Both the position numbers and the translations under genes were made by a program. This document shows positions 26,767-37,278 of a stretch of DNA of 64,000 bases, piece after piece. Location: positions 1,244,530 through 1,308,529 of the forward strand of contig CAWJWJ010000001.1 of the NCBI GenBank assembly GCA_963846575.1. Direction: 5' to 3'. The DNA is from an uncultured Nitrospiraceae bacterium. Lineage in GTDB: Bacteria > Nitrospirota > Nitrospiria > Nitrospirales > Nitrospiraceae. The first letter of the stretch is position 1. Every line of letters begins with the position of its first letter. The notes under the pieces were generated by a model. That model was not told the DNA's origin and searched no databases. It was given only the letters and a program-made list of their open reading frames with translations.

Positions 26767-27264
26767 ATGGCGGACCAATCGTCCTTTGATGTGGTATCGG
26801 AAGTAAATATGCAAGAAATGAAGAACGTCGTTGATCAGGCGACAAAGGAGATCAAGCAGCGCTTCGACTTCAAGGACTCGAAGACCGAACTGACGTTGAA
26901 GGAGAAGGAAAAGGAATTGGTGGTGCTTTCCGACGACGAGTACAAGCTGAATGCGGTGAATGAGATCATCAAGACGAAATGCGTCAAACGCGGGGTTTCG
27001 CTCAAAGCCTTCGACTACGGTAAAATCGAGGACGCGTTGGGCGCCACCGTGCGCCAGCTCATCAAGATTCAGAGCGGTATTTCTTCGGAGAAGGCGAAGG
27101 AAATCACGAAGGCCGTCAAAGAATCCAAGCTGAAAGTGCAGGCGCAGATCCAAGGGGAACAGGTGCGAGTGATCAGTAAGAGCAAGGACGATCTGCAGGC
27201 TGCCATCGCATTTCTGAAGGGCCAGGATTTCGGCATCGATTTGCAGTTCACCAACTACCGCTAG
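26767..27264 (+). CDS. yajQ: YajQ family nucleotide (c-di-GMP)-binding protein
   Basis: SFDVVSEV, RFDFK, KLKVQAQIQGEQVRV, LQFTNYR C-terminus. Confidence 0.95.
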   Translation: MADQSSFDVVSEVNMQEMKNVVDQATKEIKQRFDFKDSKTELTLKEKEKELVVLSDDEYKLNAVNEIIKTKCVKRGVSLKAFDYGKIEDALGATVRQLIKIQSGISSEKAKEITKAVKESKLKVQAQIQGEQVRVISKSKDDLQAAIAFLKGQDFGIDLQFTNYR

Positions 27265-27402
27265 CCGGGATGGCGACGATGGCTCCCGGCTTCGTTCCGC
27301 ATGGTGCCGAGGCTCGCCCCGGCGGTACCGTACGTCTCGCTTCTTGCTTCAGTGCGATACGGCACTCTTCATTGATCCCATGAGGAAACCTCCAAGGTCA
27401 GC

Positions 27403-28422
27403 ATGATCAGACTGTTCATCTGTATATGCGTCCTTGCCTGGTCTCTCGGCGGATGTAGTGGCTCCGACCCGATCGTCGTCATTGAATTGCATCCTACCAA
27501 TCCCGATATCATCTATATCGCCACCAACGACTACATTTACAAAACGCGGGATGGCGGACAAACCTGGAGCAATCTGTCGAAAGGCATGAGCTATTCCCGT
27601 GTCATTGCGATGGCGATAGACCCCACATATCCGGCGACAATTTATGCCGGGACGAAAGGGGACGCCGTGTACAAAAGCTATGACGGGGGCCAGCGATGGA
27701 CGTCGCTCCGGCTCGGGCTCGACGATGCCACGATCTCCTCGGTCGTGAACCAGTTCGTGTTCGACCCGGCCGATGCCCAACATCTTTTTCTGGCGACGAC
27801 CATGGGAGTGTTTGAATCGAAAAATGCCGGCGAGCGGTGGGTGAAGCGGATGGAAGGCATGAAAGAGGTCTTGATGGTCGTGACGCTGGGCATGGATCCC
27901 ACCAGGTCGTCGGTGCTGTATGCCGGTACGAGCGGTGGAGTCTACAAGTCGACCAACCAGGCGGGGCACTGGGTGCAGGTGAATAACGGCCTGGTACCGA
28001 CAGACATGGTGAAAACATCGCGGGCCTTGAGTGTCACATCGGTGCAGGTGGATCCGTCCTCGCCCGAGACGGTGTATGCCGCGACGCTCGCGGGGCTGTT
28101 TAAATCTTCAGATGGTGCGGCGAACTGGGTGCGTGTCGGGGAGTCGCTGCCGGATCAAATGATCGTGGCAATGGTGCTCGATCGCGCGCGTGCGGGCGTG
28201 CTGTATGTGGCGGCGAGAGATGGAATCCATCGAAGCGAGGACGGCGGGAAGACCTGGACGGCGCTCAATGACGGGTTGACGAGCACCAACATTCGGTCAC
28301 TGGCGCAGAGTCGGATCAATCCAAAACTCTTCTATGCTGGGACGAACGGCAGCGGACTCTATCGAAGTGTGGACGGCGGGGCTCACTGGGAGGCGCTTTC
28401 GTCGGTGTTTCCCAAGGAGTAG
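27403..28422 (+). CDS. BNR/Asp-box beta-propeller lipoprotein (YCF48/VPS10-like)
   Basis: Lipobox LGGC; repeated (K/R)SxDGGxxW Asp-boxes. Confidence 0.85.
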   Translation: MIRLFICICVLAWSLGGCSGSDPIVVIELHPTNPDIIYIATNDYIYKTRDGGQTWSNLSKGMSYSRVIAMAIDPTYPATIYAGTKGDAVYKSYDGGQRWTSLRLGLDDATISSVVNQFVFDPADAQHLFLATTMGVFESKNAGERWVKRMEGMKEVLMVVTLGMDPTRSSVLYAGTSGGVYKSTNQAGHWVQVNNGLVPTDMVKTSRALSVTSVQVDPSSPETVYAATLAGLFKSSDGAANWVRVGESLPDQMIVAMVLDRARAGVLYVAARDGIHRSEDGGKTWTALNDGLTSTNIRSLAQSRINPKLFYAGTNGSGLYRSVDGGAHWEALSSVFPKE

Positions 28423-28446
28423 CCTGGAGAGGTTCGAAAGTCTGGT

Positions 28447-29538
28447 CTAGCGACGAGACGGGCTGTTGAGCGAAGAGTCACCGATGGCGGGACCGACGCC
28501 CCGCATCTGAACAGACGAGGAACTGCCCGCATTTTCCGCATCATTGATTTCAAATCCGAACGCATTCGGCAGAGTGGTGTCTTGAGTCCGGGGCCCGATC
28601 CGGTCCGGGAGCGTGCTGTCTCTGAGATCCGCTCCTCGACGAGGATGGAGCGATTCATCCACGCTGCTGTATGGTGAAACCGTCGCACCGATATCGGCAC
28701 CGAAACTCGGATTGAGCGAACGATTCAGATTCGTGTTTTCAATCTCTCCACCGATCCTCGTGGGAATGGTTGTGTCCTGGATATCCATCCCGGTCGGGGC
28801 TGATCCCGGCGGTTTTCTGGGTCGAAGGTCACTCGTAATGGCCTCTTGTTCCTCCTCGATGCGTCGTTGCTCCCTTGCGCGCTGCTCATAGTCCAGTGAG
28901 TCGAGTTTCTCGAACCGGGTGCCGAGTTCCATCAACCGGGCCTTGGTCTTGGTGAGGGTATCGCGCGCGGTCGCGACGGTGCCGACGATTTCGCTCAGCG
29001 TCCACTGGCGCGCAAAGGTGCCGAGTTTCGGCGACTGTCCAGGGCCGCCCCCGAGTCCCTCCGCTCCACTTCCGACCCCGAATCCAGCACTATTGTAAAT
29101 CCCCTTTTGCTGGACTGACATGAGAATGTGATTGGATTGCTCCAGAAGCTCGTGGATTCGTTCGAGCGAATCAAAGTCACCCGCGCAGCACTCGAGAAGC
29201 TCACGGTACTCCCGCGCAAATTTTGTTGCCTCGTTCTGAATCTCGACGATCTTGAGGGGTTGTTTAGGTGCCGATTCGTCGCGGTCAGCCGGATCGAGCG
29301 ACCCGGGTTTTGGGGAGTCGCGCTCTGTCTCGTACAGCGGGACGCAGCCGGGGTCTGAGGTCGCAGAGATCTGCTTGTCGGCCTTGCGGTTTGGGCACCA
29401 ATAGATCTGGCCCGGTTGATTCAGCGGGTTGTCGGTTCTGAACTCTCCCGCTTTCGCCGAAGGCCCTGGTGTGGCCATGAGCAGACCGGTGAACAGCGTC
29501 ACGCCGGCGCTGAGGGTCTTGATGGACGTCGTACACAT
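28447..29538 (-). CDS. Exported hypothetical protein with Cys motifs and C-terminal ~13-aa repeats
   Basis: Long ORF with signal peptide ending AKA; TTGACA-N17-CATCAT upstream favours ATG 29538 over TTG 29577. Confidence 0.7.
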   Translation of the reverse strand: MCTTSIKTLSAGVTLFTGLLMATPGPSAKAGEFRTDNPLNQPGQIYWCPNRKADKQISATSDPGCVPLYETERDSPKPGSLDPADRDESAPKQPLKIVEIQNEATKFAREYRELLECCAGDFDSLERIHELLEQSNHILMSVQQKGIYNSAGFGVGSGAEGLGGGPGQSPKLGTFARQWTLSEIVGTVATARDTLTKTKARLMELGTRFEKLDSLDYEQRAREQRRIEEEQEAITSDLRPRKPPGSAPTGMDIQDTTIPTRIGGEIENTNLNRSLNPSFGADIGATVSPYSSVDESLHPRRGADLRDSTLPDRIGPRTQDTTLPNAFGFEINDAENAGSSSSVQMRGVGPAIGDSSLNSPSRR

Positions 29539-30016
29539 CGTGATTCCGATGATGCGCCGGGGGTGAATTTGTGTCAATCAAAGCAGGATTTTGCGATGCG
29601 TGACACGGAACCGCTAAGTCGTTACGGACCTCTCCATGATTGAATCTGAAACAGTTCGAGCCCGATGGCGCATCCCGAAGCCAGGCGGATACCACCTATG
29701 ACGAGGGACTGGCCGACGTCCGGTGACCACGCTGTGGAGGCATTCCGTCCCGACATCAACCTGGCGAAGTGGCGCCCGCGCTCCTACCGTTTTCCCGAGG
29801 GACGTCGTTGCAAGACTAGGTGCGCGAGACGCGTGGGCCTTGATGCTGTCACCTTCTCAGTTGAGAGGATATGCAATCCGACCAGGTCCTCGGACACGTG
29901 ATTCATCGAACTACGGAGCCGCCTCTCTTGTGGGTACGTTGGGGATCTCACTCGGTCATGAAGCGACCGAGGCAGGCTGGAAAACATCTTTAAAGGTGGG
30001 ATAGTTTCCCACAGTG

Positions 30017-30036
30017 TTATGCACATGTGTGGATAA
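30017..30036. promoter_or_regulatory. Inverted pair of DnaA boxes (TTATGCACA / TGTGGATAA)
   Basis: 30028-30036 is the exact reverse complement of TTATCCACA; 30017-30025 has one mismatch. Confidence 0.6.
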
Positions 30037-30114
30037 CTTTTCCGATCGAAGTGCCTGCGGCGTAATAGCATGTATTACGTGGACAATATTCTTGATAAAT
30101 TGGGGCAAAATCTG

Positions 30115-30142
30115 TTGACAGCTTTTTGGTTGGGTGTATACT
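30115..30142 (+). promoter_or_regulatory. dcw operon promoter TTGACA-N16-TATACT
   Basis: Near-consensus sigma70 hexamers immediately upstream of rsmH. Confidence 0.7.
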
Positions 30143-30150
30143 CCAGCCGA

Positions 30151-30180
30151 AAGGTGGGGTGAAGTGGGTGGAAATGGAGA
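30151..30180 (+). promoter_or_regulatory. MraZ-type dcw boxes (three 10-nt-periodic [G/A]TGG repeats)
   Basis: AAGGTGGGGT GAAGTGGGTG GAAATGGAGA just downstream of the promoter. Confidence 0.65.
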
Positions 30181-31105
30181 AATAGATTCTGCTCACCCCT
30201 CCCACGAGCCGGTTTTAGTCGAAGAGATCATGTTCTGGTTGCAGTGTAAACCAGGCGGAGTTTACGTGGACTGCACTCTCGGATACGCAGGGCTCGCTTC
30301 TCACATCCTCGGTCGCACCGCTCCAGACGGCATCCTTGTCGGAATTGATCGTGATGCCACGGCACTTGCTGAGTCGCGCAGGCGGCTCAGTGCCGATAGC
30401 GCTCGGGCGCGTCTGCTGCACGGAAACTTTCGCGAACTCAAATCGCATGTTGTGGAAAGCGGAGTAAGCCGCGTGGATGGCGTGGTCTTTGACCTTGGCG
30501 TGTCATCTCCTCAACTTGATCGTGCTGAGCGGGGATTCAGTTTCCGTGAAGACGGTCCCCTGGATATGCGCATGGATCAAAGTCAAGGTTGCACTGCCGC
30601 CGATCTCATTCGTGAGCTCCCCGAAACTGAGCTGGCCGACCTCATTTATAATCTGGGCGAAGAGCGTTATTCACGAAGAATTGCCCGGGCCATCGTGCAG
30701 GCACGAACTCTAGGCGCGATTGAGACCACCTGGAAATTGGCAGCCGTCATTGAGCGCGCCGTGCCCGCCGCTTATCGTCACGGGCGAATTCATTGCGCCA
30801 CGCGTAGCTTTCAAGCGTTACGGATTGCCGTGAATCGTGAACTGGACGTGCTGGAGCCGGCGCTTCGGGATGCCGTCGATATCCTGACGCCCGGAGGGCG
30901 AGTCTGTGCCGTTTCCTTTCATTCGCTTGAGGACAGAATTGTAAAACATACGTTTCGGACTCTGGCCAATGGCCCCGACGCGTCGGTGAAGGTGCTGACC
31001 AAAAAACCAGTCACAGCCTCGGACAATGAGCGTAACCGAAATCCGCGATCGCGAAGCGCAAAATTGCGCGTCGTCGAGCGGGTTTCCAAGGAGTCTATGC
31101 AATGA
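30164..31105 (+). CDS. rsmH: 16S rRNA m4C1402 methyltransferase RsmH (MraW)
   Basis: HEPVL, DCTLGYAG, DLGVSSPQLD..RGFSF..DGPLDMRM, FQALRIAVN, SFHSLEDRIVK, NPRSRSAKLR; start uncertain (GTG 30164 chosen because it lies downstream of the promoter). Confidence 0.95.
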   Translation: MGGNGEIDSAHPSHEPVLVEEIMFWLQCKPGGVYVDCTLGYAGLASHILGRTAPDGILVGIDRDATALAESRRRLSADSARARLLHGNFRELKSHVVESGVSRVDGVVFDLGVSSPQLDRAERGFSFREDGPLDMRMDQSQGCTAADLIRELPETELADLIYNLGEERYSRRIARAIVQARTLGAIETTWKLAAVIERAVPAAYRHGRIHCATRSFQALRIAVNRELDVLEPALRDAVDILTPGGRVCAVSFHSLEDRIVKHTFRTLANGPDASVKVLTKKPVTASDNERNRNPRSRSAKLRVVERVSKESMQ

Positions 31106-31434
31106 AAGCCGTTGCGTTTGCTGCGGTCACGTCGCTGATCTTGCTCTTCGTGTGGGAGCGGGTGGACATCGTTCGCATCGGCTATCAAATCGAACGTCTC
31201 AAGACGCAGAAGGTCTCCCTTGAACGGGAACGCGACGAATTGCGCGTCAAGCTGTCAGGCTTCACGGCACCTGAACGCATCGCCCGACTCGCGACTGACA
31301 AGTTAGGGATGATGCAGCCGGAGAAAGGCCAGGTCGTGGTGATCAATATGGAGCCGGAGGCGCCGGCGCATCCGATCGCCGCCGAGGGTGAGGTGCGGAT
31401 CGCCAAACACATCGTGACGCGGAGAGTTCGATAG
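31102..31434 (+). CDS. ftsL: Cell division protein FtsL
   Basis: TM plus coiled coil plus PERIARLATDKLGM; between rsmH and ftsI. Confidence 0.88.
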   Translation: MKAVAFAAVTSLILLFVWERVDIVRIGYQIERLKTQKVSLERERDELRVKLSGFTAPERIARLATDKLGMMQPEKGQVVVINMEPEAPAHPIAAEGEVRIAKHIVTRRVR

Positions 31435-31435
31435 T

Positions 31436-33151
31436 ATGGCCATGCCGTTTCGAGGTCGCCGTATTGTGGTGGCTTGCGGGCTGGCCGTGGCGTTTCTCCT
31501 CGTCATCGTCCGTCTGGTGAATCTCCAGGTTCTGCAAGCGGCGGAATTGACGGTGAGGGCCGACCGACAACACCAAAAAAACGTGACATTGGAGGGGGCG
31601 CGCGGCACCATCTACGATCGAAACAGCAAAGTCCTGGCGATGAATATGGAAGTGCCGTCTGTCTTCGGGGTGCCGACCTCGCTGGGAAATCCAGGCCTGA
31701 CGGCACGAAACCTGTCGCCGATTCTGCGGGTCAAGGCGACGGAACTCGAGAAGAAGCTCAAACAGGAAAAACATTTCGTCTGGCTGGCGAGAAAGCTGGA
31801 TCCCGAACAGGGGCGACGGCTCGAACGGCACCCTTTGGACGGTGTCGGAGTCGTCATGGAGGGCCGGCGCTATTATCCCAAGGGGCCGCTCCTCTCGCAT
31901 GTGCTGGGATTCGCCGGGATGGATGATCGGGGATTGGAAGGGGTGGAGCTGCGGTACGAGCAGGAATTGAGGGGCGAGAAGCGGGCCGTGGTGTTGCAGC
32001 GCGATGCGCTGGGACGGGCGGTTTTTCCCAAAGGTCTGAATCAGGACGGCGCGGCAGCCGGGCACAATCTGACCCTCACGGTGGACGAAGTGATTCAGTA
32101 TATTGCCGAGAAAGAATTGGACGAGGCCGTAAACCGCTCCAATGCGAAGTCCGGCAGCATCGTGGTGATGAATCCCAAGACCGGGGCCGTCTTGGCTATG
32201 GCGGTCAGTCCCAGGTTCGATCCCAACACGGTGGCGGCTCTGGCCCCGGATCGATGGCGCAATCGCGCGTTGACGGATACCTATGAGCCTGGCTCAACCA
32301 TGAAGGCCGTGATTGCAGCGGCGGCGCTTGAAGAAAAAGTGATGACGCCCGGCAGTATGTTATATGGGGAAAATGGACAGTTTGCCATTGCCAACACTGT
32401 GATCCATGACCATGAGAAGGCAGGGTGGATGACCTTTGCGCAGATGATTCACAAGTCGAGCAATATCGGTGCGGCCAAGGTGGGCATGGCACTCGGTGAG
32501 TGGCGGGTGTTCGACTATCTGAAGGATTTTGGATTCGGCGATAAGACCGGAATCGACTTGCCCGGGGAGACCGGAGGATTACTGCGGGGCCCGCGTCAAT
32601 GGGGAAAACGATCCCTGGCTTCCATCTCCATGGGACAGGAAATCGGGGTAACTCCGCTGCAGATGGTGACCGCGGTGGCCGCCATCGCCAATGGCGGTGT
32701 CCTCATGAAGCCCTATGTCGTTTCGGAAATTCGAAATGCCAAAGGCCAATTGGTATCGCAAACTCTTCCTCAAGCCAAGCGGCGCATCATCTCATCCGAT
32801 ACCGCCAGGACCCTGACAACCCTTCTGGAAGGAGTCGTGACGCACGGAACGGGAGGAAAGGCGGCGATTCCAGGATATCGCGTGGCAGGAAAGACCGGCA
32901 CGGCTCAGAAGGTGGACCCGCGGACCGGCGCCTATTCCTCCACTCTCCTGGTGGGCTCTTTTCTCGGGTATGTTCCGGCTGAGGATCCGCAGTTGGCCAT
33001 GATCGTGGTCATCGATGAACCACGGGGCGAAGGTTGGGGCGGCGTCGTGGCTGCGCCTGTGTTTCGCCGTGTCGGCGAGCAGGTCCTGAACTATTTGGGT
33101 GTTGCTGTGGATGAGCCGGTCAAGCTGGCGATGGCCGGCGTGAAATCGTGA
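31436..33151 (+). CDS. ftsI: Peptidoglycan transpeptidase FtsI (PBP3)
   Basis: RGTIYDRN, RYYPKG, EPGSTMK (SxxK), SSN, KTGTAQK. Confidence 0.95.
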   Translation: MAMPFRGRRIVVACGLAVAFLLVIVRLVNLQVLQAAELTVRADRQHQKNVTLEGARGTIYDRNSKVLAMNMEVPSVFGVPTSLGNPGLTARNLSPILRVKATELEKKLKQEKHFVWLARKLDPEQGRRLERHPLDGVGVVMEGRRYYPKGPLLSHVLGFAGMDDRGLEGVELRYEQELRGEKRAVVLQRDALGRAVFPKGLNQDGAAAGHNLTLTVDEVIQYIAEKELDEAVNRSNAKSGSIVVMNPKTGAVLAMAVSPRFDPNTVAALAPDRWRNRALTDTYEPGSTMKAVIAAAALEEKVMTPGSMLYGENGQFAIANTVIHDHEKAGWMTFAQMIHKSSNIGAAKVGMALGEWRVFDYLKDFGFGDKTGIDLPGETGGLLRGPRQWGKRSLASISMGQEIGVTPLQMVTAVAAIANGGVLMKPYVVSEIRNAKGQLVSQTLPQAKRRIISSDTARTLTTLLEGVVTHGTGGKAAIPGYRVAGKTGTAQKVDPRTGAYSSTLLVGSFLGYVPAEDPQLAMIVVIDEPRGEGWGGVVAAPVFRRVGEQVLNYLGVAVDEPVKLAMAGVKS

Positions 33152-33152
33152 C

Positions 33153-34661
33153 ATGACCCTCGATGATTTGATTGCCCCCATTCAGGGGCGTCTCAAAGTG
33201 CTGGAACGGATCGGAGACCAGCGCGTGGAGCTGACGAGTCTGACCGACGATTCCCGGAAAGTTGCGCCCGGATCGCTCTTTGTGGCGGTCAAGGGCGAGC
33301 GGGCCGATGGACATGAGTTTCTCGAGCGGGTCGCGGCGGCAGGAGCCGCCGCAGTCGTGGTCGAGCGGCCTGTCGCGAGTCTATCGGTCCCCTGCATTCG
33401 CCTGCAGGACTCACGGGGAGCGTTGGGTATCCTCGGCAGTCGCTTCTATGGTGACCCTTCGGCCGCGCTCCGGATGATCGGGGTGACGGGCACGAACGGT
33501 AAAACCACGACGACCTATATCGCAAAGACAATGCTGGAAGCGGCGGACCGGCAGGTTGGCCTTATCGGGACGGTGGCATACCTTATCGGGAAGGAGTCGA
33601 TCCCGGCCTCCCATACCACGCCGGGCGCCCTGGACCTGCAGCGGTTGTTTGCGCGGATGGTCGAGGCCCGGCTGGATACGGTCGTGATGGAAGTCTCATC
33701 CCACGCCTTGGCCCTTGATCGGACCGCTGGATCCGAGTTTGATGTGGCGGTGTTTACGAACCTGACTCAGGACCATCTCGATTTCCATGTGGACATGGAA
33801 CAGTATTTCCAGGCGAAGTTGAAATTGTTCGTCGAGCTGGGACAATCCGGTACGCGCAAGACCCACAAACGAGCGATCGTCAATGCGGATGATCCCTGGG
33901 GCGCACGAATTCGCAGCGCCTGTTCAGTCCCGGTGTGGACCTATGGTTTGCGCCAACCGGCGGATCTTCGTGCGGAAGGGGTCGTGCTCTCGGCGACCGG
34001 GACGACGTTTACTCTACGCAGTCCACAGGGAAGCTGTTCCATTCAGAGCCGGCTGGTGGGAGAGCACAATGTGTATAACCTCCTGGCCGCGATCGGCGTG
34101 GTGCTGCATGAGGGGTTGACGCTGGACCAGGTTTGCTCCGCCGTGAGAGCCGTCTCGAATGTGCCGGGACGGTTTGAACGTGTGGAGGCCGGGCAGGGAT
34201 TCACGGTCGTGGTGGACTATGCCCATACAGAGGACGCTCTGGTTCGGTTGCTGACCGCGGCCCAGGCGCTCCGCACGGGACGTATCATCACGGTGTTCGG
34301 CTGCGGCGGCGACCGAGACCGGACCAAACGCCCCAAGATGGGTCATGCGGCAGTGCGATATAGCGATGTGGTGCTGTTGACGTCCGACAATCCGCGGACC
34401 GAAGACCCCGCCGCCATTTTGAGGGAAGTGGAAGCGGGGGTGAAGCAAGCGCTGGTCGATCACGCCGAGGTGCAGTACCGCATGATCGAAGATCGCAGGA
34501 CTGCCATCCAGGCGGCGATACAAGAGGCCAAAGCAGGCGATATGGTATTGATCGCAGGGAAGGGGCACGAAGATTATCAGATCCTGGGGACTACAAAACA
34601 TCATTTCGATGATCGCGAAGTGGCCCGCGAAAGCATCATGGCACTCCGGCCAGGCGCATAG
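33153..34661 (+). CDS. murE: UDP-MurNAc-tripeptide synthetase MurE (meso-DAP type)
   Basis: GVTGTNGKTT, MEVSSH, DYAHT, DNPR, AGKGHE. Confidence 0.97.
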   Translation: MTLDDLIAPIQGRLKVLERIGDQRVELTSLTDDSRKVAPGSLFVAVKGERADGHEFLERVAAAGAAAVVVERPVASLSVPCIRLQDSRGALGILGSRFYGDPSAALRMIGVTGTNGKTTTTYIAKTMLEAADRQVGLIGTVAYLIGKESIPASHTTPGALDLQRLFARMVEARLDTVVMEVSSHALALDRTAGSEFDVAVFTNLTQDHLDFHVDMEQYFQAKLKLFVELGQSGTRKTHKRAIVNADDPWGARIRSACSVPVWTYGLRQPADLRAEGVVLSATGTTFTLRSPQGSCSIQSRLVGEHNVYNLLAAIGVVLHEGLTLDQVCSAVRAVSNVPGRFERVEAGQGFTVVVDYAHTEDALVRLLTAAQALRTGRIITVFGCGGDRDRTKRPKMGHAAVRYSDVVLLTSDNPRTEDPAAILREVEAGVKQALVDHAEVQYRMIEDRRTAIQAAIQEAKAGDMVLIAGKGHEDYQILGTTKHHFDDREVARESIMALRPGA

Positions 34662-34693
34662 GTGAGCATGGCGAGTGTGGGAGCAGTGACGTG

Positions 34694-36130
34694 ATGGCGA
34701 TGTTTACGGTGGAAGAAATCTGTGAGGTTCTGAGCGCCAGGCCGCAGACTGGACCGGCCGGGCGCGACTTGAAGCAACGCATCCGTCGTGTGGTGACCGA
34801 TTCGCGACTGGCAGGACCAGGCGATCTCTTTCTCGCACTCCAAGGCGAACGGTTTGATGGTCATGCGTTCGTCGAAAAAGCGCTTGCACAGGGAGCGGTC
34901 TGCGCCATCGTCCAGGAAGACTATCGTCTCCGGCCCTCCTCGAAACGAGCGCAGCCCCCGATCTTGCTCGCGGTGCGGGATACCCTCGAGGGCTATCAGC
35001 GACTAGCCACGCACTATCGGAATCGGTTTCCAATTCCACTCATCGCGATTACGGGGAGCAACGGCAAGACGACTACCAAGGAAATGGTCGCTCATGTGGT
35101 TGCGCAGCGCTTTAAAACGCTGAAGACGGAGGGTAATCTCAACAACCGTATCGGTGTTCCCCAGACCCTCTTTCAACTGGCGACGCGGCATCAAGCGGCG
35201 GTCATTGAAATGGGCGTGGATCAACAGGGGCAGACCACCCGCTTGTGCGAGATTGCGAGGCCGACGATCGGCGTGATCACCAATATCGGTCCTGACCATT
35301 TGGAGTTCTTCGGGAGCATGGAGGGATCCGCCCAAGCCAAGGCCGAACTGTTGGACCATCTGCCTGCCGAAGGCGCAGTGGTGTTGAATGCCGACGATGA
35401 ATACTTCGACTACCTGGCCGCCCGGGCTCGATGCCGCGTCGTAGCGTTCGGTCGTTCGCCGAAGGCGGAGATTCGCGCTGTCAATATACGATCTGACGAA
35501 AAGGATGGGACGGTCTTCGGCCTGGTGTTACCAGGCAAGAGTCGTCAGCCGGAAGTGCGCATCCGGACCCAGGGGTTGCACAATGTGAGTAATGCCCTTG
35601 CAGCCGCCGGAGTCGGGTACGTGTTGGGTCTTTCGGGAACAGCCATCGCTGAAGGCTTGGCGAAATTCCGTCCGGCTGCCATGCGCTCGCAGATCAGCAC
35701 CTCCCATGGTGTCCAAGTCATCAACGATTGTTACAATGCGAATCCGGCTTCCATGAAGGCGGCCATTCAGTTGCTGGCGGACCTCGGGCGGGGGAAACGT
35801 TCGATTGCGGTGTTGGGAGACATGTTGGAACTGGGGAGCGGCAGCAAGCCGATGCATCGAGAGGTGGGGGCATTTCTGGCCGGTCAGAATATCGGACAGC
35901 TGCTGGCCTGCGGGCAGCTCGGACGAGAGCTTGCGGAAGGCGCTCGCCAGGCCGGAATGCCGGCGGACAGGGTGGTCGAACTGCCGGACGCCGCTGCTGC
36001 CGGCAATGCCCTGGCATCCATGGTGAAGCGGGGCGACGTCGTGTTAGTCAAAGCATCTCGCGGCATGCGGATGGAACAAGTAGTAGAGACCATTGCCGGC
36101 CCGCGGCGCGTCGCCGCAAAGGCCGGCTGA
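34694..36130 (+). CDS. murF: UDP-MurNAc-pentapeptide synthetase MurF
   Basis: [43 protein letters not shown]. Confidence 0.97.
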   Translation: MAMFTVEEICEVLSARPQTGPAGRDLKQRIRRVVTDSRLAGPGDLFLALQGERFDGHAFVEKALAQGAVCAIVQEDYRLRPSSKRAQPPILLAVRDTLEGYQRLATHYRNRFPIPLIAITGSNGKTTTKEMVAHVVAQRFKTLKTEGNLNNRIGVPQTLFQLATRHQAAVIEMGVDQQGQTTRLCEIARPTIGVITNIGPDHLEFFGSMEGSAQAKAELLDHLPAEGAVVLNADDEYFDYLAARARCRVVAFGRSPKAEIRAVNIRSDEKDGTVFGLVLPGKSRQPEVRIRTQGLHNVSNALAAAGVGYVLGLSGTAIAEGLAKFRPAAMRSQISTSHGVQVINDCYNANPASMKAAIQLLADLGRGKRSIAVLGDMLELGSGSKPMHREVGAFLAGQNIGQLLACGQLGRELAEGARQAGMPADRVVELPDAAAAGNALASMVKRGDVVLVKASRGMRMEQVVETIAGPRRVAAKAG

Positions 36131-36191
36131 ACGACAGGACAGAAGGGACTCTCATTCCCGCATCGACGGATCGCGGGCAAAGATTTTCAGG

Positions 36192-37268
36192 ATGCTATAC
36201 AACTGGCTCTATCCGCTCCATACGCAGTTTTCGTTTCTGAATGTGTTCCGTTATCAGAGCTTCCGGATCATCTACGCGGCGGTCACGGCGTTTCTCATCG
36301 CCTTTGTGATGGCTCCCTGGGTGATTCGTAAGCTCCAGGAAATCAAACTCGGCCAACAGATACGGGACGACGGACCGAAGCGGCATTTGGCAAAAAGCGG
36401 AACGCCGACCATGGGTGGAATACTGATCATCTTTGCCGTCGTGTTATCCACATTACTCTGGGCCGATATGACGAACCGCTACGTGTGGCTGGTGGTCATC
36501 GCGACCGTCGGGTTCGGGGCAGTCGGGTTCATGGATGACTACCTCAAATTCATCAAGCGGCAATCAAGGGGCTTGTCGGCGGCGCAAAAGTTTACCTGCC
36601 AGATCCTGGTGGCGCTCACCATCGGGGTGCTTCTCTATACGCTGCCCAGTTACACCACGAAACTCAGTGTGCCGTTTTTCAAATTCTTCACGCCTGATCT
36701 GGGGTGGTTTTACATCGTCTTTGTCATCCTGGTCATTGTGGGCAGTTCCAACGCCGTCAATCTGACCGATGGACTCGACGGGCTGGCCATTGGTCCCGTC
36801 ATGATCGCCGCCTTGGCCTATACTATCGTGGCCTACGTGACCGGTAACCGTGTGATGGCTGAATATTTGCTGATTCCCTATATCGAGGGTGCCGGCGAAA
36901 TCGCCATTTTCACGGGCGCGGTGTTGGGATCGAGCTTGGGATTTCTCTGGTTCAATACCTATCCGGCCTCCGTGTTCATGGGCGACGTGGGCTCACTCCC
37001 CCTGGGGGCCGCGCTGGGAACGGTAGCCGTGATCAGCAAGCACGAACTCCTGTTGCTCCTGGTGGGCGGAGTGTTTGTCATCGAGGCGCTCTCGGTCATC
37101 CTGCAGGTGGGTTCGTACAAGCTGCGAGGGAAGCGCATCTTCAATATGGCGCCCATTCATCACCACTTCGAAATGAAAGGGTGGGATGAACCGAAGGTCG
37201 TGGTGCGTCTGTGGATCATTGCCATTTTGCTGGCGTTGCTCAGTTTGAGCACGCTCAAGCTTCGATAG
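36192..37268 (+). CDS. mraY: Phospho-MurNAc-pentapeptide translocase MraY
   Basis: [42 protein letters not shown]. Confidence 0.97.
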   Translation: MLYNWLYPLHTQFSFLNVFRYQSFRIIYAAVTAFLIAFVMAPWVIRKLQEIKLGQQIRDDGPKRHLAKSGTPTMGGILIIFAVVLSTLLWADMTNRYVWLVVIATVGFGAVGFMDDYLKFIKRQSRGLSAAQKFTCQILVALTIGVLLYTLPSYTTKLSVPFFKFFTPDLGWFYIVFVILVIVGSSNAVNLTDGLDGLAIGPVMIAALAYTIVAYVTGNRVMAEYLLIPYIEGAGEIAIFTGAVLGSSLGFLWFNTYPASVFMGDVGSLPLGAALGTVAVISKHELLLLLVGGVFVIEALSVILQVGSYKLRGKRIFNMAPIHHHFEMKGWDEPKVVVRLWIIAILLALLSLSTLKLR

Positions 37269-37278
37269 TCGGGAGCCT

